Below the pieces are notes generated by a model, which saw nothing but the letters and a program-made list of their open reading frames with translations, ran no database searches and was not told the origin of the DNA. From Gemmatimonas sp. (lineage in GTDB: Bacteria; Gemmatimonadota; Gemmatimonadetes; Gemmatimonadales; Gemmatimonadaceae), in NCBI GenBank assembly GCA_965279375.1, contig OZ257156.1:352001-416000 (forward strand): a stretch of 64,000 nt of DNA. Reading direction: 5' to 3'. This document shows positions 46,231-56,247 of this stretch, piece by piece. Both the position numbers and the translations under genes were made by a program. Each line of letters starts with the position of its first letter. Position 1 is the stretch's first letter.

Positions 46231-47118
46231 TCAGCGCACGAAGTCGAAGCTCGCCGCCGTCGTGCGTCCGCGCCAATACGGACGCGATACACCGCCCAGA
46301 ATCCACGCGACCTCACCCTGCTCGGGGATGAGCATGCCGTCGTGCCGCGCGTACTGCCAGAACCGCCCTTCCCACGGCGCTTCGGTCGTCACGCCGTCCA
46401 CCGCACGGCCACGCGCCTTCACATAGATGCCACTGACTTCATTCTGCGCATTGAAGCGAAACTCCATCGACGTGTGCACGTCGCCGTCATCGACGGTGGC
46501 CATCGCGACCGAATCGGAAACGGGCGTCCACGTCACGCCGGCCGACGGCAGCAACGCGGTCGGTAACCACACGCCTTCCGCCAGGTAGCGCATCAGTTCA
46601 CCCTCGGCCATCGCACCGCCACCGGACACGTCGGCCATCGTCTTGAGCCCCAGCACGTCGGCGCGCAGCGCGCCCACGCCGCGACTGTAGCTGTCGCGCA
46701 CGTACACCGGCAGCAGCGGTGCCTGCCGAATGGTGGCATCCCACAGCATGCCGATTGGTGCGACGGTGAACAGCTCACGCGCGGAGAACTTGCGCCAGCT
46801 CTCCTCGCTGTCACCCATCTTGAACGTCCCTTCCTGCTCGAAGCGGGCGACGTTCACCCGACGCTGTCCCGCCTTCAGCACGTGGCGGAAATAGCGCGCG
46901 ACCGGCGCTGGCAGCCCCTCCAGTTCGGACTCCGCATACCGTGCACCCGCGGAGTGCGGGTTGGCCGAGAGTGAGTTGACCCTCTCCCCCGCCAAATCCA
47001 CGAACGACTCGTCGATGCGGGACGACGCGGACGACCAGCGCCACCGTCCCACCGCCAGCAATACGCCGTAGAGCAGCAGCAGCGACACGGTCGCGCTGAG
47101 AAGGATCTTCACCCACAT
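46231..47118 (-). CDS. Membrane-anchored conserved protein (DUF6544/DUF6920-like)
   Basis: LPAPVARYF, GELMRYLAE..WLPTALLP, PWEG....Y..HDGMLIP..GEVAW. Confidence 0.72.
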   Translation of the reverse strand: MWVKILLSATVSLLLLYGVLLAVGRWRWSSASSRIDESFVDLAGERVNSLSANPHSAGARYAESELEGLPAPVARYFRHVLKAGQRRVNVARFEQEGTFKMGDSEESWRKFSARELFTVAPIGMLWDATIRQAPLLPVYVRDSYSRGVGALRADVLGLKTMADVSGGGAMAEGELMRYLAEGVWLPTALLPSAGVTWTPVSDSVAMATVDDGDVHTSMEFRFNAQNEVSGIYVKARGRAVDGVTTEAPWEGRFWQYARHDGMLIPEQGEVAWILGGVSRPYWRGRTTAASFDFVR

Positions 47119-47217
47119 GACTTGACTGCTCCGTTGAAGGCCACCCGCGCGTCGATCGTACGAAGGGTGCACGCTTCGTGCCGTCAAGGCGGGGGGCCGC
47201 AGGCGGGACCTACACGG

Positions 47218-48768
47218 CTACTTCCGCTCGCCAGTCCAGAAGACGATCACGCCACAGGTCGATCGTCCCGTGAACTGCGCGGGCGCCGTCATCGCACTTG
47301 GGTACACCTCCACCGCGCGCACGAAGTCAGCGGCCATCACGAACTCCAAGTCATCGGTGTCCACCACCGGCGCACCGTCGATGAAAAGGCTCGGCTGACA
47401 GAGCTCTCGTCCGGTCCCACGCATCCTCACGCGATACCCGCTGCCGCTGGGGATCACCCGCACGCCCGCCATGTTGCCGAAAATGTCCGTTGTCCGAAGC
47501 GGTGGCCGCTCGAGCAGATCCTCCGGCCCGAGGAACGTGCCGCTGGCTGCCGACTTGCGACGCGCGTCGAACTCGGCGAGCGAGCGGCTGCGCACGCCAT
47601 TCACCGCAGCGCGAATGCGCAACGTGTCCATTCGCGTCAGTCGCTCGAAGCTCACCACCAGCGTGGTGCTGTCGTCGCGGATCACGTCCACCACGCGCGT
47701 CTGCGGCAGATACCCGATCGCGCGCGCGTCCAGCGTGTGCGTGCCTGTCGGCAAGTCGCTCAGCACGAATACCCCGCTCGCTGTCGACGCGCTTTCCAGA
47801 CCCGTGCCCCACACGCTCAGCCGCACGTTGTCCAGCGGGGGGCCCTGCGCCTGCATCGCCTTGCCGCGCAACTGACCGTCGCCGCGCAGCACGTCGATCG
47901 CCGAGTCCTTGCTCGTGTCCGCTGCGACCCGTTTGGTCGAGTCGCGCGATCCGACGTCGGGCGACGCCGTATCCAACGGTGCCGCAATGCTCGCGTGTCG
48001 CACGCGCCCCACGTACAGATCGCGCAGCAGCAGGCCGTCCTCCGGCACCGTCAACTCGGCCGCACCGCTCGAATCCGCGCCGCTCCATCCGCGCACGCGC
48101 AGCACACCGTCCAATGGGACACCGCAGAGCGTGAAGATGCCGTCGGCATCGGTGTCCACCTCGAGGGTTGGCACCGTGCGCTCCGTGCCTGCGCTCGTGA
48201 GAGCCAGCTCCAGCCACTGCACACGCACGGTACCCCGTACCGGGCGTCGGCCCTGCTCGGCATCTCGTAATCGGCCACGCACATACCCCGAGCGTTCGCG
48301 CACCGCCGTGTCCCCGCACACGCTGCGGATCATGCTGCGCGCGCTCGGCACCGACAGACGCACGCGCTCCGACTTTCCGTCGCGAAGCTCGACCCCGCGC
48401 GCGAGTTGCTGCACGCCGAGCGAATCCAGACGCGGATGACGCGCGCCGACCGCGTATTGGGCGGCGGGCAACGAGTCGATCGTGTACTCGCCTTGCGTAT
48501 TCGTGCTGGCGTCGCGCACAATGGCCGGATTATCCAGTCGCACCAACTGCACGGTTGCGCCAACGAGCGGCCGCTTCGCCGAGCTGTCGAACACCACGCC
48601 GTGGATGCGCCCAAGTCGCACCGGCGGGGATCCCGACGACTGCGCCCGAAGCGCCGCAGGTGCGAGACTCGCCGCACCAACGAGTATCGCGTGCCGCAGG
48701 CGCCCCCTCGCGCGCGGCGGGAGCGACCACAGGCACGACAAAACGCGCAGCGCCGTCATTCCGATCAC
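47218..48768 (-). CDS. Exported protein with carboxypeptidase-regulatory-like domains and a C-terminal TonB plug-like domain, no barrel
   Basis: GVVFDS...PLVGATVQL, LPTGTHTLDARAIGY; terminal CQPSLFIDG...VRAVEVY...P.QF...CGVIVFWT; GGAGGG RBS before GTG 48768. Confidence 0.78.
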   Translation of the reverse strand: MIGMTALRVLSCLWSLPPRARGRLRHAILVGAASLAPAALRAQSSGSPPVRLGRIHGVVFDSSAKRPLVGATVQLVRLDNPAIVRDASTNTQGEYTIDSLPAAQYAVGARHPRLDSLGVQQLARGVELRDGKSERVRLSVPSARSMIRSVCGDTAVRERSGYVRGRLRDAEQGRRPVRGTVRVQWLELALTSAGTERTVPTLEVDTDADGIFTLCGVPLDGVLRVRGWSGADSSGAAELTVPEDGLLLRDLYVGRVRHASIAAPLDTASPDVGSRDSTKRVAADTSKDSAIDVLRGDGQLRGKAMQAQGPPLDNVRLSVWGTGLESASTASGVFVLSDLPTGTHTLDARAIGYLPQTRVVDVIRDDSTTLVVSFERLTRMDTLRIRAAVNGVRSRSLAEFDARRKSAASGTFLGPEDLLERPPLRTTDIFGNMAGVRVIPSGSGYRVRMRGTGRELCQPSLFIDGAPVVDTDDLEFVMAADFVRAVEVYPSAMTAPAQFTGRSTCGVIVFWTGERK

Positions 48769-48779
48769 AAGACATTCCC

Positions 48780-48975
48780 TCCAGCCGTTCGGTGAGACGA
48801 AACCCTGTCGGGCCCACGTCGTTGTCCTCGCGCAATGTGCGCGGTGACCGCGGCGGCTGTCCAGGTCGCTCCCTCACGGCACGGGCCCGTCGCCCCCATC
48901 TATCCCGCACGCGTCACCTCGGAGCGGGACGAAGCGATATGCCGACGCCCTTGCCTCGTCGGCCGCCGTGAGGGA
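48780..48975 (-). ncRNA. Candidate structured cis-regulatory RNA leader (unassigned)
   Basis: Perfect 11-bp closing helix 48870-80/48965-75 enclosing 6-7 bp helices with G-U pairs only on the minus strand; further stems reach the RBS. Confidence 0.35.
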
Positions 48976-49001
48976 TTCGGCGCGGGCAGCGCTTCCGCGC
49001 G

Positions 49002-49030
49002 TTGACAGGGGAGTCAGCATCCCGTATGAA
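49002..49030 (+). promoter_or_regulatory. Sigma70-like promoter for the ChaN-family gene
   Basis: TTGACA-N17-TATGAA. Confidence 0.45.
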
Positions 49031-49076
49031 CCGTACTTCCTGCACGCGGTCGCTATTCGCCAAACCGGATGTCTGC

Positions 49077-50075
49077 ATGACTCTTTTCGTTCGCCCACTC
49101 GTCATCGCGCTGGCGCTGACCTCCACGCTCACGCTGGCCGCCTGTGGTGGCGCCGCACGCGTCGGCTCGGCGTCACCCACCGTATCGCCTGAGCAGGGAC
49201 CGCAAAACCTGCGCGTCTACGACACGAAGGGCGCACGCTTCGTGCCGTTCTCCCGTCTTGCCGACGCGGTCAACAGCGTGGACGTCGTCTTCCTCGGCGA
49301 GCAGCACGACGATCCCGGCACACATGCCGCTGAACTCGCCGTGCTCGCCGCGCTCGGCGCGCGGCATGATCGCGTCGTACTGTCGCTCGAGATGTTCGAG
49401 CGCGACGTGCAGCCGGTACTCAACCGCTATCTCGCCGGTACGGTGAGCGAAAAGGACTTCCTCGCTGACTCGCGCCCGTGGCCGCGCTACACCACCGACT
49501 ATCGTGGCATGGTCGAGCTCGCGCGCATTCGTGGGTGGCCGGTGATCGCCGCCAACGTGCCACGCCGTATCGCCAGCGCGGTAAGTCGCGCCGGTCTCGC
49601 CACGCTCGACACGATGAACGCCGTCGAACGCGCCTTCTCCGCCAAGGAGAACAAGTGCCCGAAGGACCTCTACTACCAGAAGTTCGTCGCCACGATGGGT
49701 GACATGTCCGCCAGCCACGGCGGCAGCGCGCCTGCTCCCGCCGCCGCAGGCAGCGCCCCCAAGCCGTCCGCCGCGCCCTCGGTCGATCGCATCTACGAAG
49801 CGCAGTGCGTCAAGGACGAGACGATGGGCGAGTCGGCCGCCAACGCACTCGCTGCCGCAGGACGTGGAGCCGTCGTGCTGCACGTGGATGGTGCGTTTCA
49901 CTCGGACTTTGGACTGGGCACCGCCGAGCGTGTGCGTCGTCGCGCGCCCTCGGCCAAAACGCTGGTCCTGAGCGCGGTGCCTGTGTCAGATCTCGCCACA
50001 GCCAACGGCAGTGAGTACGCCACGCGTGGAGATTTCATTCTCTTCACGCGCGCACCGGTCAAGGATACGAAGTAG
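49077..50075 (+). CDS. ChaN/PhuW family lipoprotein
   Basis: Lipobox LAAC; VFLGEQHD, LSLEMF, AANVPR, AQCVKDETM, GAFHSDFGLG. Confidence 0.85.
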   Translation: MTLFVRPLVIALALTSTLTLAACGGAARVGSASPTVSPEQGPQNLRVYDTKGARFVPFSRLADAVNSVDVVFLGEQHDDPGTHAAELAVLAALGARHDRVVLSLEMFERDVQPVLNRYLAGTVSEKDFLADSRPWPRYTTDYRGMVELARIRGWPVIAANVPRRIASAVSRAGLATLDTMNAVERAFSAKENKCPKDLYYQKFVATMGDMSASHGGSAPAPAAAGSAPKPSAAPSVDRIYEAQCVKDETMGESAANALAAAGRGAVVLHVDGAFHSDFGLGTAERVRRRAPSAKTLVLSAVPVSDLATANGSEYATRGDFILFTRAPVKDTK

Positions 50076-50198
50076 TCGAGCCTCGCCCGTCGGCGATTCG
50101 CGCAGTCGAGGATTCCGTCGTAGCATCTACCGACACAGTGCCTGAGGCCGCTCGGCAGTTTCCCGAGCGGCAGACCCCACGGTTTCGGAGATTGCTCG

Positions 50199-53100
50199 AT
50201 GAATTGGACGCGCCGACACGGCGACGCGCTGCCGCTTTGCGTTCTCGCCGCCGCGACATTCACGCTCGTCGCCGCATCGATCGCCGGCGCGCAAAGCCCC
50301 GCGCAGAACGACAGCGCCGTCAAGGCGGCAGCCCGCACGAGCGCGCTTCCGCTCATCACATCGCGCTCACTGACCTTCACCACCGACGAAGCATCGTGGG
50401 TGTCGCTCGATGTCTCGCCCGATGGCAAGACAATCGTGTTCGATGTGCTGGGCGATCTGTACACACTGCCCATCACCGGCGGGAAGGCAACGCGCATCAC
50501 CAGCGGCACCGGATGGGATCAGCAGCCGCGATATTCGCCTGACGGCGCGCAGATCACCTTCGTCAGCGATCGCAACGGCTCCAAGAATGTCTGGATCGCC
50601 AATGCTGATGGCAGCAAGGCCAAGGTGCTGACCAAGAGCGAACGGATCAACTACGCCTCGCCGATCTGGTCCGCCGATGGGCAGTACGTGATCGCGTCGC
50701 GTTCGGGGCAGCTGTGGCTGTACAACAAGGACGGTGGATCGGGTGCACAGCTCACGGGACTGCGCGCCGAGGGCGCGGCGGCGACAACAGGACCGGCGCC
50801 TTCGCACTATGGCGCCGCGCCGAGCGGTGACCCGCGCTATCTCTGGGTGAACGTGAGTGGCACCGTACCGCCGGTGCTGGCCTCTGGTTTTCACGAGGAG
50901 AACGCTACGTCGGCGCAGGAAGAAAACGACGAAGCCCAGGCGCGCAGCAATGCGCGGCGCGTCGGTCAGTATCAGATCGCGCAGTTCGATCGCGAGAGTG
51001 GTCGCACGCTCGTTCGGACGCACGAAGCCGATGGAGCCTTTCGTCCAGTGGCCAGCCCCGACGGCAAGTGGCTTGTGTACGCCACGCGCCATGATGCGCG
51101 CGAAGCACTCAAGCTGCGCGAGCTGGCTACGGGTGAAGAGCGCTGGCTCGTGATGGATGTGCAGCGTGACAACTCGCAGGGCGGCGGCATCAACGATCGC
51201 GATGTCTATCCGGCGTCCGCCTTCACGCCCGACTCGAAGGCGCTGATCACGAGCTTCAATGGCAAGCTGTGGCGCGTGGAAGTGCCCGCGGGCACCGTCA
51301 GCGCGATCCCGTTCACGGCCGACGTGGACCAGCGCATGGGGCCACTCGCCAAGTTCGAGTACCCGATCAACGATTCCACGCTCGTCGTCACGCAGATTCG
51401 TGGCGCCAAGCCATCGCCGGATGGTGCGCGACTCGCGTTCGTTGCACTCGATGCGCTGTACGTTGGTGAGCTGGTCGCGTCTGCACCCAATACGCCCGCT
51501 GGCACACGCACGGTGCGCAACCCGCGGCGGTTAACCAAGGGTGGCACGGTGGAGCATGCGCCGGTGTGGTCGCCCGACGGCCGCTACATCGCGTATGTCA
51601 CGTGGAGCGACACGGCCGGCGGCAACATCTATCGCGTACGTGCCGACGGCGCCGTGGCGGCAGAGCGTCTGACGCGCACCGCTGCGTACTTCGACAAGAT
51701 CGCCTACACCAAGGACGGCACGAAGCTCTTTGCCGTGCGCGGCTCGCGCTACAGCCGCATGCGCAACTTTGAAGATTTCGGCAATCTGAGTAACGCCGCC
51801 GAGTTGGAGTACGTGTGGCTACCGGCGGCGGGTGGCGAAACGACGCGGATCGCGTGGACCGGCGGCGGTCAGTCGCAGGAAGGGCGCAACGTGCCGCACG
51901 TGGGGCCGGACAGCACGCGACTGTACGTGTGGGCCGGCAGCGAAGGACTCGTGTCGATGCGCCTCGATGGTACCGATCGCAAGGTCGTGGTGCGCGTGGC
52001 CGGGCCACCGCAACCCGCACAACCACTGCCCGCGGGCGCAACTCCTCCTCCGCCACCGGTGCCGGATGAAGTCGTGCTCTCGCCAGACGGCAAGCGCGCG
52101 CTTGTCCATGCAGACAACAACGTCTATCTGATCACCGTGCCGCCCATCGTTGGACAGGCACAGGCGGTCTCGGTGACCGGCGGTTCGGTGGTGCCCACCA
52201 CGCGCCTCACCAAAGTGGGCGGTGACTTCATCGGCTGGTCCGCTGACAGCCGCAGCGCGTTCTACTCGATTGGGCGCAGCTACTTCCAGTACGATGTGCG
52301 TACAGCGGACATCGCCATTCGTGATTCCGTCGCTCGTGCGGACTCCATTGCCAACGCCGGTGGTGCTGCACCGGGTGCAGGCGCGGCTGCAGCCGCTTCT
52401 GCCGCCACACGCGACTCCACGAAAAAGGCGACGGTCGCGTACGAAGCACAGCGGCACGACGTCGAGATCACGGCCAGCAAGGACAAGCCGCGCGGCACGG
52501 TCGTGTTGCGTGGCGCGCGACTGGTGACCATGAAGGGCGACGAAGTCATCGAGAACGGCGAGATCGTCGTCACCGACAATCGCATCGTGGCCGTCGGTGC
52601 CAGTGGTTCCCTGTCCGTTCCTGCCAACGCGAAGATCATCGACGTGGCCGGCAAGTCGATCATTCCGGGCTACGTCGACATCCACGCGCACAACTGGTTC
52701 GGCTGGGGCGTGCATCGCGATCAGATCACACAGCTCCTCGCCAACCTCGCGTACGGCGTCACCACGCAACGCGATCCGCAAACGTCGGCCACCGACATTC
52801 TCACCTACACCGACCTGATGGAAACGGGCGCGCTGATTGGTCCGCGCTTGTACTCCACGGGCCCCGGCATCTTTGCGGCCGACAACATCAAGAGCCTCGA
52901 CGAAGCACGCGATGTCGTGCGTCGCTACGCCGATCACTACAACACCAAGACGATCAAGCAGTATCTCGCCGGCGATCGCAAAGTGCGGCAGTGGGTGATC
53001 ATGGCGGCGAAAGAGCTTGGCCTCACCACCACAACGGAAGGCGGCTCCAACCTCTCGATGAACCTGACCCTGATGCAGGATGGCTACCCAGGGTTGGAAC

Positions 53101-53741
53101 ACGCGATGCCGATCTTCCCGCTCATGAAGGACGTCGTGCAACTCGAGGCGGCCAGCGGCATCACCTACACGCCAACGCTCATCGTCGGCTACGGTGGCCC
53201 CACGGGGCTCAACTACTGGCTCACACACTACAACGTGGACACCGACGCCAAGCTCCGCCGCTTCACGCCCCACGAAGAACTCGACTCGTGGAAGACCACG
53301 CAGTTCTTCCGCGACGACCAGTACATCTTCAAGGGACACGCCGAACAGCTCGCCAAGATGGTGAACGCCGGCGGTCGCGTGGGACTCGGCTCGCATGGCG
53401 AGCTGCAGGGGCTCGGCGTGCACTGGGAGATCTGGATGATGCAGTCCGGCGGGCTCACGCCGCACCAGACGCTGCGCGCCGCCACGCTGCATGGCGCCGA
53501 CGCCGTGGGACTCGGCCGTGACCTCGGCTCACTCGAAGTCGGCAAGCTCGCTGACCTGCAGGTGCTGGAGCAGAATCCGCTCACCGACATTCACAACACC
53601 AACACCATCCGCTTCGTAATGAAGAATGGTCGCCTCTACAATGGCGACACCCTCGACGAAGTCTGGCCGCGCACCAAGGCGCTCGCACCGCAGTGGTGGT
53701 GGAAGGAAGATCCATCCTCCAACTCGAACAGGAACCGATGA
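50199..53741 (+). CDS. Exported PD40/TolB-like propeller + amidohydrolase fusion
   Basis: Repeated (W)SPDG motifs; PGYVDIHAH, GVTT, GLEH, GSHG, GKLADL. Confidence 0.9.
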   Translation: MNWTRRHGDALPLCVLAAATFTLVAASIAGAQSPAQNDSAVKAAARTSALPLITSRSLTFTTDEASWVSLDVSPDGKTIVFDVLGDLYTLPITGGKATRITSGTGWDQQPRYSPDGAQITFVSDRNGSKNVWIANADGSKAKVLTKSERINYASPIWSADGQYVIASRSGQLWLYNKDGGSGAQLTGLRAEGAAATTGPAPSHYGAAPSGDPRYLWVNVSGTVPPVLASGFHEENATSAQEENDEAQARSNARRVGQYQIAQFDRESGRTLVRTHEADGAFRPVASPDGKWLVYATRHDAREALKLRELATGEERWLVMDVQRDNSQGGGINDRDVYPASAFTPDSKALITSFNGKLWRVEVPAGTVSAIPFTADVDQRMGPLAKFEYPINDSTLVVTQIRGAKPSPDGARLAFVALDALYVGELVASAPNTPAGTRTVRNPRRLTKGGTVEHAPVWSPDGRYIAYVTWSDTAGGNIYRVRADGAVAAERLTRTAAYFDKIAYTKDGTKLFAVRGSRYSRMRNFEDFGNLSNAAELEYVWLPAAGGETTRIAWTGGGQSQEGRNVPHVGPDSTRLYVWAGSEGLVSMRLDGTDRKVVVRVAGPPQPAQPLPAGATPPPPPVPDEVVLSPDGKRALVHADNNVYLITVPPIVGQAQAVSVTGGSVVPTTRLTKVGGDFIGWSADSRSAFYSIGRSYFQYDVRTADIAIRDSVARADSIANAGGAAPGAGAAAAASAATRDSTKKATVAYEAQRHDVEITASKDKPRGTVVLRGARLVTMKGDEVIENGEIVVTDNRIVAVGASGSLSVPANAKIIDVAGKSIIPGYVDIHAHNWFGWGVHRDQITQLLANLAYGVTTQRDPQTSATDILTYTDLMETGALIGPRLYSTGPGIFAADNIKSLDEARDVVRRYADHYNTKTIKQYLAGDRKVRQWVIMAAKELGLTTTTEGGSNLSMNLTLMQDGYPGLEHAMPIFPLMKDVVQLEAASGITYTPTLIVGYGGPTGLNYWLTHYNVDTDAKLRRFTPHEELDSWKTTQFFRDDQYIFKGHAEQLAKMVNAGGRVGLGSHGELQGLGVHWEIWMMQSGGLTPHQTLRAATLHGADAVGLGRDLGSLEVGKLADLQVLEQNPLTDIHNTNTIRFVMKNGRLYNGDTLDEVWPRTKALAPQWWWKEDPSSNSNRNR

Positions 53742-55102
53742 GCACTCGTTCACGTCGTCCGGTCCGTGCCGTCGTCGCATTCGTTGCGACGACCGTGGCA
53801 TGGACCGCCGTTTCGGCGCAGCGCGCCCCCGCCGCCGACATCGATCCGCGCATCCAGAAGCTGGTCGCCGCAGTGTCCGAAGCGCACCTGCGTGAGCTTG
53901 ACACCAAGCTGGTCTCGTTCGGCACGCGCAACACACTCTCAGATGCGACGTCCACCTCGCGTGGCATCGGCGCGGCACGCCAGTGGATCTTCGATGAGCT
54001 CAAGCGCTCGAGCTCCAAACTGCAGGTCTCCTTCGACACGCATCAGATCGCGCAGCAGGGGCGAATCACGCGCGACGTGGAACTGCGCAACGTCATGGCC
54101 GTGCTTCCCGGCAAGTCGTCACGGCGCATCTACATCTCGGGGCATTACGATAGCGTGAACCCGGGCGGACAAGGCGCCAACAGCCAGGGCGGACCGGCGG
54201 TTCGTGACTCGCTGTACGTCAACGACGCGCCCGGCGCCAACGACGACGGCAGCGGTACGGTGCTCACGATGGAGCTCGCACGCATCTTTGCCGAAAGCGG
54301 CATCGAGTTCGACGCCACACTCGTCTTCATCTGCTGGGCCGGCGAGGAGCAGGGGCTCATCGGCTCGATGGCGCATGCGCAGAAGGCAGCCGCTGACAAG
54401 GTCGTGATCGACGCCAACTTCAACAACGACATCGTTGGCAACAGCACCGGCGGCAACGGCCAGGTGGATGGCAAGAGCGTGCGCATCTATTCGCTTGGCC
54501 CCGAAGACAGCATGTCGCGCTCACTGGCCCGCTACGTGGAGCGCGTGGCCGCGAAGTATGTGCCGTCGCATCGTATTCGCCTGATGGCGCGCGAGGATCG
54601 CTTCGGACGTGGCAGCGATCACTCGTCGATGACCGCCAACGAATTCCCAGCCATCGTTTTCCGCGAAGCCAACGAGAACTTCTCGCGCCAACACTCAGCC
54701 AACGACAAGCTCGAAGGCGTGGACTTCCGGTATCTCGCGCAGAACGCGCGCGTGAATGCGGCCAGCGCGGCGTCGCTGGCGCTGGCACCGGCCGCGCCGC
54801 GCGTCATGAGCGACCGCGGCGTCGTGCGGCTGGGTCGTACACCGTCTGGCTACGACGCGAATCTGCAGTGGGACGCCGTTCCGGGCGCGGTTGGGTATCG
54901 CCTGTACTGGCGCGACACGTGGAGCAACAGCTGGGAGCACTCGCAGACCATCGGCGCCGTGACGCAGTACGTCTTTGACGGACTCTCCATCGACGATTGG
55001 GTCTTTGGCGTCGCGGCGATCGGCGCCGACGGCCACGAAAGCCTCGTCAGCGCCTACGTCTCGCAGGTGCGCAAGATGACCGAGATCAAGCTCAAGAAGT
55101 AG
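53738..55102 (+). CDS. M28 family metallopeptidase with C-terminal FN3-like domain
   Basis: SGHYDS, PGANDDGSG, GEEQGLIGS, NNDIVG, GSDH, HSAND; ATGA overlap with the upstream gene. Confidence 0.9.
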   Translation: MSTRSRRPVRAVVAFVATTVAWTAVSAQRAPAADIDPRIQKLVAAVSEAHLRELDTKLVSFGTRNTLSDATSTSRGIGAARQWIFDELKRSSSKLQVSFDTHQIAQQGRITRDVELRNVMAVLPGKSSRRIYISGHYDSVNPGGQGANSQGGPAVRDSLYVNDAPGANDDGSGTVLTMELARIFAESGIEFDATLVFICWAGEEQGLIGSMAHAQKAAADKVVIDANFNNDIVGNSTGGNGQVDGKSVRIYSLGPEDSMSRSLARYVERVAAKYVPSHRIRLMAREDRFGRGSDHSSMTANEFPAIVFREANENFSRQHSANDKLEGVDFRYLAQNARVNAASAASLALAPAAPRVMSDRGVVRLGRTPSGYDANLQWDAVPGAVGYRLYWRDTWSNSWEHSQTIGAVTQYVFDGLSIDDWVFGVAAIGADGHESLVSAYVSQVRKMTEIKLKK

Positions 55103-55131
55103 CGCGGTCGATCGCTCCGCGCTGCAGAACG

Positions 55132-55731
55132 TCAGCGCGGAGCGGTCAGCGCTTGTTCGAGATTCTTTCGCAGGGAGCCGTGATTGCCGAACTCCCCGGC
55201 GCCGCCGTACATGACGTCCTCAATGACATCGAACGGCTTCTTCTTTCCGTTCTGCTTCTTGCCGATCAGCACCGTGTCGGTCCAGCTATAGCTGTCACCG
55301 TTGGTGATGTGGGTGAAAGCCACGATCGTCTTGTGCTGTCGCGCCGCGACGGTGTCGCGCACGAGCGCGAACTTGGTGGGCCCTTCGAAGAGACTCGAAT
55401 ACAGATCGCCCTCCGCAAAGGGGGGCTTTTCGTTGGGCGCCCGCGCCGCTTCGCGATCGCGCAGCGCACTCGCCGCACGTAAGAGCGCGGTCAGCGTATC
55501 GGACAACAGCGGCGCAAACTGCTGCAGCTCCGCCGCAGTCGGCGCACCAGTAGTGCGCGACGCCACGCGCCACGAGTAGAACGCCACCACGACAGGCGAT
55601 GGTGGTTCCGGACCGTCGTGCTTGCAAGCGCCCAACGGTAGCAGTAGCAGCGCACAAACCATTCGCGTCACTCGATCCGTCCAACGACGGTGCGGACGCA
55701 CGTTCGCAGTCCGCACCTGCTGCCACATCAT
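55132..55731 (-). CDS. Lipoprotein, YbjP/DUF3828-like
   Basis: Lipobox LGAC; VVAFY, EGDLYSSLFEG, WTD.V, IEDV.Y. Start uncertain (55731, 55728 or 55662). Confidence 0.65.
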   Translation of the reverse strand: MMWQQVRTANVRPHRRWTDRVTRMVCALLLLPLGACKHDGPEPPSPVVVAFYSWRVASRTTGAPTAAELQQFAPLLSDTLTALLRAASALRDREAARAPNEKPPFAEGDLYSSLFEGPTKFALVRDTVAARQHKTIVAFTHITNGDSYSWTDTVLIGKKQNGKKKPFDVIEDVMYGGAGEFGNHGSLRKNLEQALTAPR

Positions 55732-55776
55732 CGTTTCGTTTTGCAACGCGTCGCTGCCTGGTGCCACGAATATCCT

Positions 55777-56100
55777 CTAGCCGGGGTCGAGTATCGATAA
55801 TTCACCGTCGCGCGACGGATCGCCACTGTCCCAGTACCAGACCGTGACCACACCATCGCTGTGGTCTGCGGAATGCGAAATGCTGATCACCCTGTCCGGG
55901 CCCACGCTCGTCGCGAACGCCGCCGCCTGCGAGAACAGCGACTCCCACGACGACAGGATGCCGCGGAACGTGCGGAACGCTGCGAATGTGCTCGGCGCCG
56001 AGTCGATCACACCCGTCGCGCCCGGTACGGTCTCGTTGCAATTCCAGCAGCGATCGAAGCCGTCATCAATGTCACTGCCGCAGCGGCTGCAGCGATACAT
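55777..56100 (-). CDS. Small protein with N-terminal zinc ribbon
   Basis: MYRCSRCG...FDRCWNC, GGAGG RBS, compact C-terminal domain ending VTVWYW. Confidence 0.7.
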   Translation of the reverse strand: MYRCSRCGSDIDDGFDRCWNCNETVPGATGVIDSAPSTFAAFRTFRGILSSWESLFSQAAAFATSVGPDRVISISHSADHSDGVVTVWYWDSGDPSRDGELSILDPG

Positions 56101-56198
56101 AGGCCCTCCAGAGGTTGGGAGAATCTCTCGTTCACCTGCATCGTACGGAGCGGTGTTCCCGCAAGCGTCAGGTGTTCCCCGCCGTGGCCGTCGGCGAA

Positions 56199-56213
56199 AC
56201 GATGGTCCATCGT
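56199..56213. promoter_or_regulatory. Perfect 7-1-7 inverted repeat, candidate operator between divergent genes
   Basis: ACGATGG-T-CCATCGT. Confidence 0.35.
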
Positions 56214-56247
56214 GGCGTGGATCGGTACGACACCACAACCTACTGAC

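Noticed and set aside
48870..48975. Multi-stem element as tRNA, tRNA-Sec, SRP RNA or c-di-AMP/cobalamin riboswitch
   Set aside because: No TTCGA T-loop or CCA end; only short partial resemblance (CGCCGAATCC) to ydaO; no B12 box. Kept as unassigned.
56152..56182. Two GGTGTTCCC(C)GC copies resembling the start of a type I-E CRISPR repeat
   Set aside because: Only 19 nt apart, no full palindromic repeat, no spacers, no cas genes.
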